DNA of 32,000 nt, from positions 450,001 through 482,000 of the forward strand of contig NC_008340.1 in assembly GCF_000014785.1 (NCBI RefSeq), given 5' to 3'. This DNA is from Alkalilimnicola ehrlichii MLHE-1. Its GTDB lineage: Bacteria; Pseudomonadota; Gammaproteobacteria; Nitrococcales; Halorhodospiraceae. Below the pieces are notes generated by a model that was given only the letters and a program-made list of their open reading frames with translations, did no database searches and was not told the DNA's origin. The translations under genes and the position numbers were made by a program. Of the stretch, positions 9,904 through 17,927 are shown piece by piece. How positions within the stretch are numbered: position 1 is the stretch's first letter; each line of letters opens with the position of its first letter.

Positions 9904-10731
9904 ATGGCGATTAGGGACGACAAGCGGGTGCGCGCGGCTGCGGTGCAGATGGCCTCGGGCCCGAATCTGGCCGGCAATCTCGCCGAGGTCGAGCGGCTGA
10001 TCGGCCAGGCGGCCGAGCAGGGCGCGGAGCTGGTGGGCCTGCCGGAGAACTTTGCCCTCATGGGGCGCCGGGAGGCCGATAAACTGGACGTGGCCGAGAG
10101 CGACGGTGAGGGGCCCATCCAGGACCTGCTGGCCAAGCTCGCCAGCCGCCACCGCATCCACCTGGTGGCCGGTACCCTCCCCCTGCGCAGCGAGAACCCC
10201 GGCAAGGTGCGGGCCGCCTGCCTGCTCTACGGTCCCGATGGCCGTCGCCTGGGCCGATACGACAAGGTGCACCTTTTCGACGTCGGCGTCAGCCCGACCG
10301 AGGCCTACCGCGAGTCCGACACCCTGGAGCCCGGCTCTCGCGCGGTGGTGGTGGAGACCGAGCTGGGCCGCATCGGCCTGGCGGTCTGTTACGATGTCCG
10401 ATTCCCGGAACAGTTCCGGGAGATGGCGCGGCAGGGGATGGAGATCCTGGTCCTCCCCTCCGCGTTCACCGCCGTCACCGGTGCCGCCCACTGGCGCACG
10501 CTGGTCACCGCCCGGGCCATCGAGAACCTCTGCTTTACGGTGGCCCCCGATCAGGGCGGGCGCCATGCCAGCGGGCGGGAAACCTACGGCGACAGCCTCA
10601 TCGTCGACCCCTGGGGCAGCGTGCTGGCCAGCCGCGCCAAGGGGGCCGGTGTGGTGGTCGCCGATCTCGACCTGCACCGCCAGGCCGAGATCCGCCGCCG
10701 CTTTCCGGCGCTGACACACCGTAAATTCTGA
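9904..10731 (+). CDS. carbon-nitrogen hydrolase (nitrilase superfamily)
   Basis: Glu-Lys-Cys triad contexts LPENF, YDKVHLFD and GLAVCYDVRFPE. I prefer the ATG at 9904 (GGAGAG upstream) over the TTG at 9889. Conserved yhdP-hydrolase-tldD order. Confidence 0.85.
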   Translation: MAIRDDKRVRAAAVQMASGPNLAGNLAEVERLIGQAAEQGAELVGLPENFALMGRREADKLDVAESDGEGPIQDLLAKLASRHRIHLVAGTLPLRSENPGKVRAACLLYGPDGRRLGRYDKVHLFDVGVSPTEAYRESDTLEPGSRAVVVETELGRIGLAVCYDVRFPEQFREMARQGMEILVLPSAFTAVTGAAHWRTLVTARAIENLCFTVAPDQGGRHASGRETYGDSLIVDPWGSVLASRAKGAGVVVADLDLHRQAEIRRRFPALTHRKF

Positions 10732-10774
10732 ATCGCGACACCGACAGCGGGGCCTTGCCCCCCGGAGCTGAGCC

Positions 10775-12226
10775 ATGAGCGCAGTAGTCGACCGACTGGA
10801 CATCGCCCGGCAACGGATACTGGCGCCGGCCGGGTTGGAGGAGCAGCACCTGGAGCAGGCCTTTGCCCGGCTGATGGGCCCGGGCGTCGATGCCGCCGAC
10901 ATCTATTTCCAGAGCGCCCGCAGCGAGGGCTGGGTGATGGAGGACGGCCGGGTCCGTGAAGGCACCCGCGGCATCGACCAGGGCGTGGGCGTGCGGGCGA
11001 TCAGTGGCGAGCAGAGCGGGTTCGCCTACTCGGACGAGATCGTCCTGCCGGCGCTGATGGAGGCCTCGGGCAGCGCCCGTGCCATCGCCCGCAGCGGCCA
11101 GAGCGGCCGGCTGCAGGCCTGGCACCGTGGCGAGGGCCACGCCCTCTATCCCACCGACAACCCCCTGGACGGGCTGAGCGCCGACGACAAGGTGGCCCTG
11201 CTCAAGGCCGTGGACGCCGAGGCCCGGGCCCAGGACCCGCGGGTCGAGCAGGTCATCGCCACCCTCGGTGGCGTCCACGAGACCATGCTCGTCGCCTGCG
11301 CCGACGGCACCCTGGCCGCCGACGTTCGCCCGCTGGTGCGTTTCAACGTCAGCGTCCTGGTCCGCGAGGGCGACCGGCGCGAGAACGGCATGTGCGGGGG
11401 CGGCGGCCGGGTGAGCTACAGCTTCTTCCTCGACCAGGACCGCGCCCTGGGCTATGCCCGCGAGGCCGTCCGCCAGGCCCTGGTCAACCTGGAGGCCGAG
11501 GAGGCCCCGGCCGGCTCCATGCCTGTCGTGCTCGGCCCCGGCTGGCCCGGCGTGCTGCTCCACGAGGCCGTGGGCCACGGCCTGGAGGGCGACTTCAACC
11601 GCAAGGGCACCTCCGCCTTCGCCGGACGCATGGGCGAACGTGTCGCCTCACCGCTGTGCACCGTGGTCGACGACGGCACCCTGGCCAACCGCCGCGGTTC
11701 GCTCAACGTCGACGACGAGGGCACCCCCACCCGCTGCACTACCCTGATCGAAAAGGGCGTACTCAAGGGCTTCATGCAGGACAAGCTCAACGCCCGCCTG
11801 ATGGGCACAGCCTCCACCGGCAACTGCCGGCGAGAATCCTTCGCCCACCTGCCCATGCCGCGGATGACCAACACCTACATGCTCCCCGGCCCCCACGACC
11901 CGGAGGAGATTATCCGCTCGGTGGACCACGGCCTCTACGCCGTCAACTTCGGCGGCGGCCAGGTGGACATCACCTCCGGCAAGTTCGTCTTCTCCGCTAG
12001 CGAGGCCTACCTCATCGAGAAGGGCCGGATCACCACCCCGGTCAAGGGCGCCACCCTAATCGGCAACGGCCCCGACGTCCTCACCCGCGTCAGCATGGTC
12101 GGCAACGACCTGAAACTCGACGGCGGCATCGGCGTCTGCGGCAAGGAGGGCCAGAGCGTCCCGGTCGGCGTGGGCCAGCCGACCCTCAAGGTCGACGCCC
12201 TCACCGTGGGCGGCACCCGCGGCTGA
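10775..12226 (+). CDS. tldD: metalloprotease TldD
   Basis: 483 aa with the [11 protein letters not shown] zinc motif. The TldD-typical C-terminus is [14 protein letters not shown]...[11 protein letters not shown]. Confidence 0.92.
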   Translation: MSAVVDRLDIARQRILAPAGLEEQHLEQAFARLMGPGVDAADIYFQSARSEGWVMEDGRVREGTRGIDQGVGVRAISGEQSGFAYSDEIVLPALMEASGSARAIARSGQSGRLQAWHRGEGHALYPTDNPLDGLSADDKVALLKAVDAEARAQDPRVEQVIATLGGVHETMLVACADGTLAADVRPLVRFNVSVLVREGDRRENGMCGGGGRVSYSFFLDQDRALGYAREAVRQALVNLEAEEAPAGSMPVVLGPGWPGVLLHEAVGHGLEGDFNRKGTSAFAGRMGERVASPLCTVVDDGTLANRRGSLNVDDEGTPTRCTTLIEKGVLKGFMQDKLNARLMGTASTGNCRRESFAHLPMPRMTNTYMLPGPHDPEEIIRSVDHGLYAVNFGGGQVDITSGKFVFSASEAYLIEKGRITTPVKGATLIGNGPDVLTRVSMVGNDLKLDGGIGVCGKEGQSVPVGVGQPTLKVDALTVGGTRG

Positions 12227-12272
12227 CCCACGCCCACGACCGGCGAGGGCAGCGAACCTGGAAAATGCCGGC

Positions 12273-12475
12273 GGGGGTTGCGGTCGAGGTGGTGCGATGA
12301 TCGGGCCGGGCGACTTTGCGCACCGAGCAACGCAGTAAAAAGGCGGAGAAAAGGCGCGCCTGTCCGAGCGAAGCGAGTTCGCGCCGCCGCCTTTTTACGA
12401 GTAGCGCAGGGGACCCCGAAGGGGTGCGCAAGTGGAGCCCGGCCCGATCATCGCACCACCCCGACCGCAGCCCCC
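12273..12475. repeat. nested-hairpin repeat element, copy A (38-nt arms plus 127-nt core)
   Basis: Arms 12273-12310 and 12438-12475 are inverted repeats, pairing at 36/38 positions plus one G-T. The core 12311-12437 is the reverse complement of 17975-18101 and differs from it at only about 15 of 127 positions, roughly half of them in the few nucleotides at the two core termini. Lies in the tldD-pmbA spacer. Confidence 0.8.
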
Positions 12476-12503
12476 GCAATCAGCGAAGCCAAAGGACAGC
12501 GGA

Positions 12504-13862
12504 ATGACCAATACCGTCACGCACAGCAGTCGTACCTCAGGCCTCCCCGCCAGCGCCGACATGGAGGCCCTCATCCAACAGGCCCTGGACACCGCCCGCA
12601 CCCTGGGCGCCACCGGCGCCGAGGCCGGCCTCGCCTTCGATCTCGGCCTCTCCGTCAACGTCCGCAAGGGCGAAGTCGACACCTTGGAACACCACCGGGA
12701 CCGCGGCCTCAGCGTCACCGTCTACTTCGGCCAGCGCAAGGGCAGCGCCAACACCGCCGACTTCCGCCCCGAATCCATCCGCGAGACCGTCCAGGCCGCC
12801 TGCGACATCGCCCGCTACACCTCCGAGGACCCCGCCCACGGCCTCGCCGACCCCGAACTCATGCCCCGCCAGGTCCCCGAGCTGGACCTGGAACACCCCT
12901 GGGCCCTGAACCCGGAAGAGGCCATCGACCTCGCCCGCCGCTGCGAAGCCGCCGGGCTGGCGGAAAAAGGCATCACCAACTCCGAGGGCGCGGGCGTGGC
13001 CACCCACCACACCCTCCGGGTCTACGGCAACAGCCACGGCTTCCTCGGCCACTACGCCGGCACCCGCCACAGCATGAACTGCGTCATGGTCGCCGGCGAG
13101 GGCGACCACATGCAGCGGGACTACTGGTACACCGTCGACCGCGTCCCCGAGGCCCTGGAACGGGCCGAGGACGTCGGTCGCGAGGCGGCCCGGCGCACCC
13201 TGGCGCGAATGGGCGCCCGCCAACTGGGCACCCGGCGGGTGCCGGTCCTGTTCGCCCCGCCCATGGCCCGGGGACTCATCGGCCACTTTATCGGCGCCAT
13301 TCGCGGCGGCGCCCTCTACCGCAAGGCCTCCTTCCTGCTCGACCAGTTGGGCCAGCCGGTCTTCCCGGACTTCGTGCAGATGCGGGAAGAGCCCCACCGC
13401 CCGCGTGGCCTGGGCAGCGTGCCCTTCGACCATGAGGGCGTGGCCACCCGCGAGCGGACATTGGTGCGCGACGGCGTGCTGCAGGGCTACGTGCTGGACA
13501 GCTACTCCGCCCGCCGCCTGGGCATGCAGACCACCGGCAACGCCGGCGGCGTGCACAACCTGGTGGTGGAACCAGGCCCCGACGACCAGGCCGCCCTGCT
13601 CAAGCGCATGGGGACCGGGCTACTGGTCACGGAGATGATGGGGCAGGGGGTTAACCCGGTCACCGGCGACTACTCGCGGGGGGCTACCGGCTTCTGGGTC
13701 GAGGATGGCGAGATCGCCCACCCGGTGCAGGAGATCACCGTGGCCGGCAATCTGCGGGAGATGTACGCCGGACTCACCGCGGTGGGTTGCGACGTGGACC
13801 GGCGCGGCAACATCCACACCGGCTCGCTGCTGGTGGATGCGATGACCGTCGCCGGCGAATGA
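12504..13862 (+). CDS. pmbA: metalloprotease PmbA (TldE)
   Basis: Collinear with E. coli PmbA as I recall it (RKGSANT, ARYTSEDP, GDYSRGATGFWVEDGEI, ITVAGNL). I prefer the ATG at 12504 (AAGGA upstream). The ORF-track start at 12432 lies inside the repeat arm. Confidence 0.9.
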   Translation: MTNTVTHSSRTSGLPASADMEALIQQALDTARTLGATGAEAGLAFDLGLSVNVRKGEVDTLEHHRDRGLSVTVYFGQRKGSANTADFRPESIRETVQAACDIARYTSEDPAHGLADPELMPRQVPELDLEHPWALNPEEAIDLARRCEAAGLAEKGITNSEGAGVATHHTLRVYGNSHGFLGHYAGTRHSMNCVMVAGEGDHMQRDYWYTVDRVPEALERAEDVGREAARRTLARMGARQLGTRRVPVLFAPPMARGLIGHFIGAIRGGALYRKASFLLDQLGQPVFPDFVQMREEPHRPRGLGSVPFDHEGVATRERTLVRDGVLQGYVLDSYSARRLGMQTTGNAGGVHNLVVEPGPDDQAALLKRMGTGLLVTEMMGQGVNPVTGDYSRGATGFWVEDGEIAHPVQEITVAGNLREMYAGLTAVGCDVDRRGNIHTGSLLVDAMTVAGE

Positions 13863-13929
13863 GCCGGCGCCCGGGCTGCGCACCCGGGCCGCGCGGGCCC
13901 GGGGCAGGCCCCCGGGGGAGGGGTCGCGT

Positions 13930-14244
13930 TCAGCGGCGATCGTCCAGCTTGCCGAAGCGGGTGGCGAGCACCTTCTCCAGCTTGCTGATGGCCGAACGGG
14001 CGGCGTCGTAGACGTCCTCCTCGGTGGCGCTGGCCATCACCGGATCGAGCCCATTGGGGCGGGCCTCGATGCGCACCTCCTTGTTGACGCCGCCCTTGGG
14101 CCCGTTCGTGTCGCTCATGTGGATCTCCAGGCGGGTCAGGCGATCCCCGAAGCGCTTCTCCAGCGTGCCCAGGCTCTCCTTGATGTGCTGCTCCAGGGCG
14201 TCCGAGTGGTGAACACCGTCGCCGGGGTTGATCTGAATCTGCAT
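13930..14244 (-). CDS. HPF/RaiA-family ribosome-associated protein (short form)
   Basis: 104 aa. MQIQI N-terminus and the alternating pattern of the sigma-54 modulation/RaiA fold (LEQHIKESLGTLEKRF...RLEIHM...EVRIEA...DVYDAARSAISKLEKVL). AAGGAG RBS upstream. Confidence 0.7.
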   Translation of the reverse strand: MQIQINPGDGVHHSDALEQHIKESLGTLEKRFGDRLTRLEIHMSDTNGPKGGVNKEVRIEARPNGLDPVMASATEEDVYDAARSAISKLEKVLATRFGKLDDRR

Positions 14245-14323
14245 GTCGTCTCCTTAGTGTCAGGTCGGGGCCCGCCGCCGGTCGTTCAGCGACGGCGGGC
14301 CGGTCGATTCGGTTGATGGTCAA

Positions 14324-15589
14324 TCAGTTAAAGCGGCTGAGGGCCAGCGGGGCCATGTCCAGCGCAGGGGGCTCACCTGATAGCTGCTGCGCCAGCAGGT
14401 GCGACACCCCGCAGGCGAACGTCCAACCCAGGTGGCCGGTGCCGCTGTTGAGGTACAGGTTGGGCACCGGCGTCGCGCCGATGATCGGCGGCCCGTCCAT
14501 GCTCATGGGGCGCAGCCCGCACCAGTCCTCCCGTGTCTCGGGGGCGATATGATCCCGCAAACCGGGGAACGTCGCCAGTACGTTGTTGAGGACATTGTCA
14601 CAGCGCGCCGGGCGCAGTGACAAATCGTAACCGGCGAACTCGGCGGTGCCGGCCATGCGTATCCGGTCGCCGAGCCGGGCCATGACCACCTTGCGTTCGT
14701 CGTCGATCATGGGGATGCGCGGTGCACCCTCCCAGTCCGGGGTATGCAGGGTGACCGAATAGCCCTTGACCGGATAGATTGGCACCCGCAGGCCCAGCGG
14801 TCGGGTCAGCAACGGGGTGTAGCTGCCCGCCGCCAGGACCCAGGCATCCGCCTCGATCTCGCCCCGGTTGGTGCGGGCGGCGACGATGCGGCCGGCCTCC
14901 AGCCGCCAGTCCTCCACCGCGGTGTCGTTGAGCAGGCTGACCCCGTGGCGCTCGGCCGCCAGCGCCGCCAGCCGCCGGGTGAACAGGCAGGCGTCGCCGC
15001 TCTCATCCTCCGGGTAGTAGATGGCGCCCGCCAACTGTGCCCGGGCATCGCCGTAGGCCGGGTCCAGTGCCACCGTTTGGTCCGGGTCCAGCACCTGGTA
15101 GCGCACCCCCGCCTCCGCCATCAGGGTGGAGGCCTGCACCGCGCTCTCAAAGGCGGTGCGGTCGTTGAAGACCTTGAGGATGCCTTCCTGGCGGTCGTCA
15201 TAGCGCAGGCCGGTCTCGGCACGCAGGGCGCGCAGCCGCTCCAGGCTGTGGACCGCCAGCCGGGCGTTCACCGCCAGGCTGTGCTCATGGTGCCGGCGGC
15301 GGCTGTAGCGCAGAAAGCCCAGACCCCAGCGGATCAACCCCGGCACCGCCCGTGGCCGCACCAGCAGTGGGGAGTTCTCGCGGCCGATCCAACGGATCAG
15401 GTCCCAGAACACCCCGGGCCCGTTCCAGGGTTCGGCGTGACTGGCGTGCAGCAGGCCGCCGTTGGCGTGACTGGTCTCGTCGGCCATTGCCGGCGCGCGG
15501 TCGACGACCGTGACCGCGTGGCCGGCCTCCGCCAGGTACCACGCGGTCGTGATGCCGATCACGCCGCCGCCCACCACTGTCACCTTCAT
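14324..15589 (-). CDS. dadA: D-amino-acid dehydrogenase (FAD-dependent oxidoreductase, DAO family)
   Basis: 421 aa. N-terminal Rossmann motif MKVTVVGGGVIGITTAWYLAEAGHAVTVVDR. Overall DadA-like length and C-terminal GHLGWT motif. Confidence 0.85.
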   Translation of the reverse strand: MKVTVVGGGVIGITTAWYLAEAGHAVTVVDRAPAMADETSHANGGLLHASHAEPWNGPGVFWDLIRWIGRENSPLLVRPRAVPGLIRWGLGFLRYSRRRHHEHSLAVNARLAVHSLERLRALRAETGLRYDDRQEGILKVFNDRTAFESAVQASTLMAEAGVRYQVLDPDQTVALDPAYGDARAQLAGAIYYPEDESGDACLFTRRLAALAAERHGVSLLNDTAVEDWRLEAGRIVAARTNRGEIEADAWVLAAGSYTPLLTRPLGLRVPIYPVKGYSVTLHTPDWEGAPRIPMIDDERKVVMARLGDRIRMAGTAEFAGYDLSLRPARCDNVLNNVLATFPGLRDHIAPETREDWCGLRPMSMDGPPIIGATPVPNLYLNSGTGHLGWTFACGVSHLLAQQLSGEPPALDMAPLALSRFN

Positions 15590-15671
15590 CGCGCCTCCTT
15601 TTGGACCGGATAGGCCGGGTATTTCAGTTGATCAGGTTATACACCCATTGGACAAGCCTTGTGATGGGGAT

Positions 15672-15706
15672 GTATCCACAGAACCTGTGGATAACATTGT
15701 GGAGGA
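15672..15706. promoter_or_regulatory. triad of DnaA-box-like 9-mers (one forward, two reverse)
   Basis: GTATCCACA (15672-15680) matches TTATCCACA at 8/9. TGTGGATAA (15686-15694) is a perfect reverse complement of TTATCCACA. TGTGGAGGA (15698-15706) matches at 7/9 in reverse orientation. Further boxes are TTATACACC (15637-15645, 8/9) and TGTGCATAA (15876-15884, which fits TTATNCACA). The function is not established. Confidence 0.4.
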
Positions 15707-15924
15707 ATCGGGGACACCGGCCGCAAAGCCATGAGAGACAAGGCGGGCTTCAAATTGATGCAACATTGATCAAGTCAGATTTGGTCATTGAAAAACAATG
15801 GGTTACCCGTTTGTGTCCGTTTCGGGGGCGAACAATCAAGCACTTGTGGCGCCTTGATCGCCACTGTACCCGCTGTGTGCATAAACATCGCGCGAAAGCT
15901 GTATGGGGATACAGTGTCCGGGGG

Positions 15925-16653
15925 TCACAGGGCGAGCAGCCCATCAATGATCACCGCCACCCCGGATAGGGTGCAGAGGGCGAGCAGGGCCGGGCGCAGG
16001 CGTCCGGCATCCACCCAGCCGATGGCGTGGCGGGAGAGGGCCAGCCCGGCCAGGGCGGCGGGTGTCAGGGCCAGTGAAAGGAGCAGTTCGTGGTGGCCGT
16101 AATGGCCCAGCAGGGTCAGACCGGCCAGCGACATGACGGTGCCGACCAAAAAGAACCCGCCGAGATTGGCGCGCACCTGGTCACCCCGGGCGTTCTGGTA
16201 GACCAGCGCCATCGGCGGGCCGCCGATGGAGGTGCTGGTGCCCATGAAGCCGGACAGCAATCCGGCGGTGATCAGCGTGTTGCGGGTCGGGGTGATGTGC
16301 CAGCGGGCGAGGCTCGCGGCGACGCCCAGCAGCACCGCGCCACCCAGGATCAGCGACAACAGGGTGGAGGTGGCGAAACTTAGCACCCACAGGGCCAGGA
16401 GCATGCCCGGGACGCGCCCCAGCAGGGCGCTGCCCATCTCGCCGATGGCCAGCCCGGCGCGGTTGCGCCAGAGGATGATCACCGAGATGACCATGGCCAG
16501 GAACAGCACCGGGCCCGGCACCAGGTCGGGGTGGATGAGGAACAGCAACGGCGCCACGGCCAGGGCCAGGCCGAAGCCCAGCGCCCCCTGGATAAAGCAG
16601 CCGAAGGCCACCAGGAGGGAGGCGAGCAGGAGCTGAAGCAGGCTGAGTTCCAC
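15925..16653 (-). CDS. TauE/SafE family (DUF81) anion exporter permease
   Basis: 242 aa and entirely hydrophobic, with about 7-8 predicted helices. Characteristic G-rich helices (GALGFGLALAVAPLL, GFMGTSTSIGGPPMAL). Confidence 0.85.
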   Translation of the reverse strand: MELSLLQLLLASLLVAFGCFIQGALGFGLALAVAPLLFLIHPDLVPGPVLFLAMVISVIILWRNRAGLAIGEMGSALLGRVPGMLLALWVLSFATSTLLSLILGGAVLLGVAASLARWHITPTRNTLITAGLLSGFMGTSTSIGGPPMALVYQNARGDQVRANLGGFFLVGTVMSLAGLTLLGHYGHHELLLSLALTPAALAGLALSRHAIGWVDAGRLRPALLALCTLSGVAVIIDGLLAL

Positions 16654-16703
16654 GTGACGCCCTTGCGGTGGTTGCGAAAGGCGTCGGATTATACCAATCG
16701 GCG

Positions 16704-17834
16704 TCAGTCGGCGGGGCGGAGCCGCAAGAGGGGCGTGCTACTGCGGTCCGGGAGGACGTAGAGATGGCCCTTGGGACCGACCCGCACGTCGCGGATGCGC
16801 CAGCCGAGTCCTTGCAGCAGGCGCTCCTGCTCCACCACGTCGGTGCCGTCCAGGCGCAACCGTTCCAGGTGGCGGTGGGCCAGGGCCCCGACGAACAGAT
16901 CACCCTGCCACTCCGGGAAGGCGTCGGCGTAGTAGAAGGCCATGCCGGAGGGGGCGATGGAGGGCGTCCAGTGGTGGATGGGGGGTTCCATGCCTGCCAC
17001 CGGCGGGTCGGGGGCGATCTCCGGGCCGTGGTACTCGGTACCGAAGGTGGCCTCCGGCCAGCCGAAGTTGAGGCCCGGGCGCGGCAGGTTGATCTCGTCA
17101 CCGCCGCGCGGGCCGTGTTCGTGCAGCCAGAGCACCCGGGTCTCCGGGTGCAGGGTCATGCCCTGGGCGTTGCGGTGGCCGTAGCTGTAGATGGCGGGCT
17201 CGGCGCCCTCGTCATCCACGAAGGGGTTGTCCGCGGGGATGCCGCCGTCGTCGTGCAGCCGCAGCAGTTTGCCGTGGTGGTTGTCCAACTGCTGTGCGCG
17301 CTCGCGCCGGCCGCGGTCGCCCATGGTCATAAAGAGATAGCCGTCGTCGTCAAAGACGATCCGCGAGCCGAAGTGGCGGCCGCCGCCGGAGTAGGGGGTG
17401 GCCGCGTACAGCAGCTCGAAGTCACGCAGGGTGTCGCCATCCAGCACACCGCGGCCCAGGTGGGTGGTCATGCCGCCGCGGCCGTAGGCGGAGTAGGTGA
17501 GGTAGACGTAGCGGTTGGTGTCGAAGTCCGGGTGCAGGGCGATGTCGAGCATACCGCCCTGGCCGGTGGCGGCGACGTCCGGGGTGCCCTCGATACGCCG
17601 GCGCTCACCGGTCCCGGCGTCGACGCGCTGCAGCCGTCCCGGGCGCTCGGTGACCAGCAGGTCGCCGTCGGGCAGGAAGGCGAGCCCCCAGGGGTGGCTG
17701 AAGCCCTGGCCCAGGCGTTCGATCTCGAAGCGGTGGTGCTGGCTGTTCTCAACGTCGGTGGCCGGTGCCAGCGTGGGGGCGGTCAGGGCGGTGAACCCGA
17801 GGCCGATCAGGATGAGGGTGCTGCTTCTGCACAT
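16704..17834 (-). CDS. PQQ-dependent sugar (glucose/sorbosone) dehydrogenase, periplasmic
   Basis: Signal peptide MCRSSTLILIGLGFTALTAPTLAPA, then YliI-type beta-propeller motifs (PWGLAFLPDGDLLVTERPGRL, HFGSRIVFDDDGYLF, SYGHRNAQG, GGDEINL). I prefer the ATG at 17834 (GGGAG upstream). The longer ORF-track start runs into repeat copy B. Confidence 0.85.
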   Translation of the reverse strand: MCRSSTLILIGLGFTALTAPTLAPATDVENSQHHRFEIERLGQGFSHPWGLAFLPDGDLLVTERPGRLQRVDAGTGERRRIEGTPDVAATGQGGMLDIALHPDFDTNRYVYLTYSAYGRGGMTTHLGRGVLDGDTLRDFELLYAATPYSGGGRHFGSRIVFDDDGYLFMTMGDRGRRERAQQLDNHHGKLLRLHDDGGIPADNPFVDDEGAEPAIYSYGHRNAQGMTLHPETRVLWLHEHGPRGGDEINLPRPGLNFGWPEATFGTEYHGPEIAPDPPVAGMEPPIHHWTPSIAPSGMAFYYADAFPEWQGDLFVGALAHRHLERLRLDGTDVVEQERLLQGLGWRIRDVRVGPKGHLYVLPDRSSTPLLRLRPAD

Positions 17835-17927
17835 GGGCCGCTCCCGGGTTGGGCGGTGACAAGCGAATGATTGCCAGGGCCTGCCTCTAGGGTAGTCGGG
17901 TTTTGCCGCCGGGTCGCTTGCCGGGCC

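Noticed and set aside
6457-10902. 1481-aa ORF on the minus strand, antisense to yhdP, the CN hydrolase and the start of tldD.
   Set aside because: The composition is low-complexity and Arg/Gly/Pro/Ala-rich with no recognisable domains. It lies entirely opposite well-supported genes. Long stop-free antisense frames are expected at this GC content. The same applies to 311-1645(-), 1572-2501(-), 3128-4342(-), 4420-6303(-), 10598-11578(-), 12537-13556(-), 14744-15613(+), 16668-17870(+), 17981-20014(+), 26189-28114(-) and 30634-31875(-).
12273-12475. Small conserved protein encoded by the repeat core (RTPSGSPALL(V/A)K(R/E)RRRELASLGQARLFSA(F/L)LLRCSVRK appears in both copies).
   Set aside because: There is no start codon or RBS at a consistent position, and frames are open on both strands in both copies. 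The nucleotide differences are explained by compensated stem pairs rather than by codon constraints.
12432-12503. Longer N-termini for pmbA (start 12432) and for the PQQ dehydrogenase (start 18017), as given in the ORF track.
   Set aside because: Both extensions are translations of the nested-hairpin repeat arms or core. Better starts with Shine-Dalgarno sequences exist at 12504 and 17834, and the latter exposes a typical signal peptide.
14269-14301. GC-rich hairpin (GGCCCGCCG...CGGCGGGCC) between dadA and the HPF-like gene, as an intrinsic terminator.
   Set aside because: The stem is clear, but no U-tract follows on the transcribed (minus) strand. Its function as terminator, attenuator or nothing cannot be decided from sequence, so it is not listed as a feature.
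15590-15924. Chromosomal replication origin (oriC), on the basis of DnaA boxes plus GATC sites.
   Set aside because: There are only about five boxes. I see no array of AT-rich 13-mer unwinding repeats and no dnaA/dnaN, gidA/mnmG, mioC or parAB context. A DnaA-regulatory site or an ordinary operator is more plausible than an origin.
15601-15969. 122-aa ORF (and the 65-aa ORF at 15750-15947 on the minus strand) inside the low-GC spacer.
   Set aside because: It has a TTG start and no RBS, its codon composition is unlike neighbouring genes, it has no recognisable domains, and its 3' end overlaps the tauE-like gene. Most likely non-coding.
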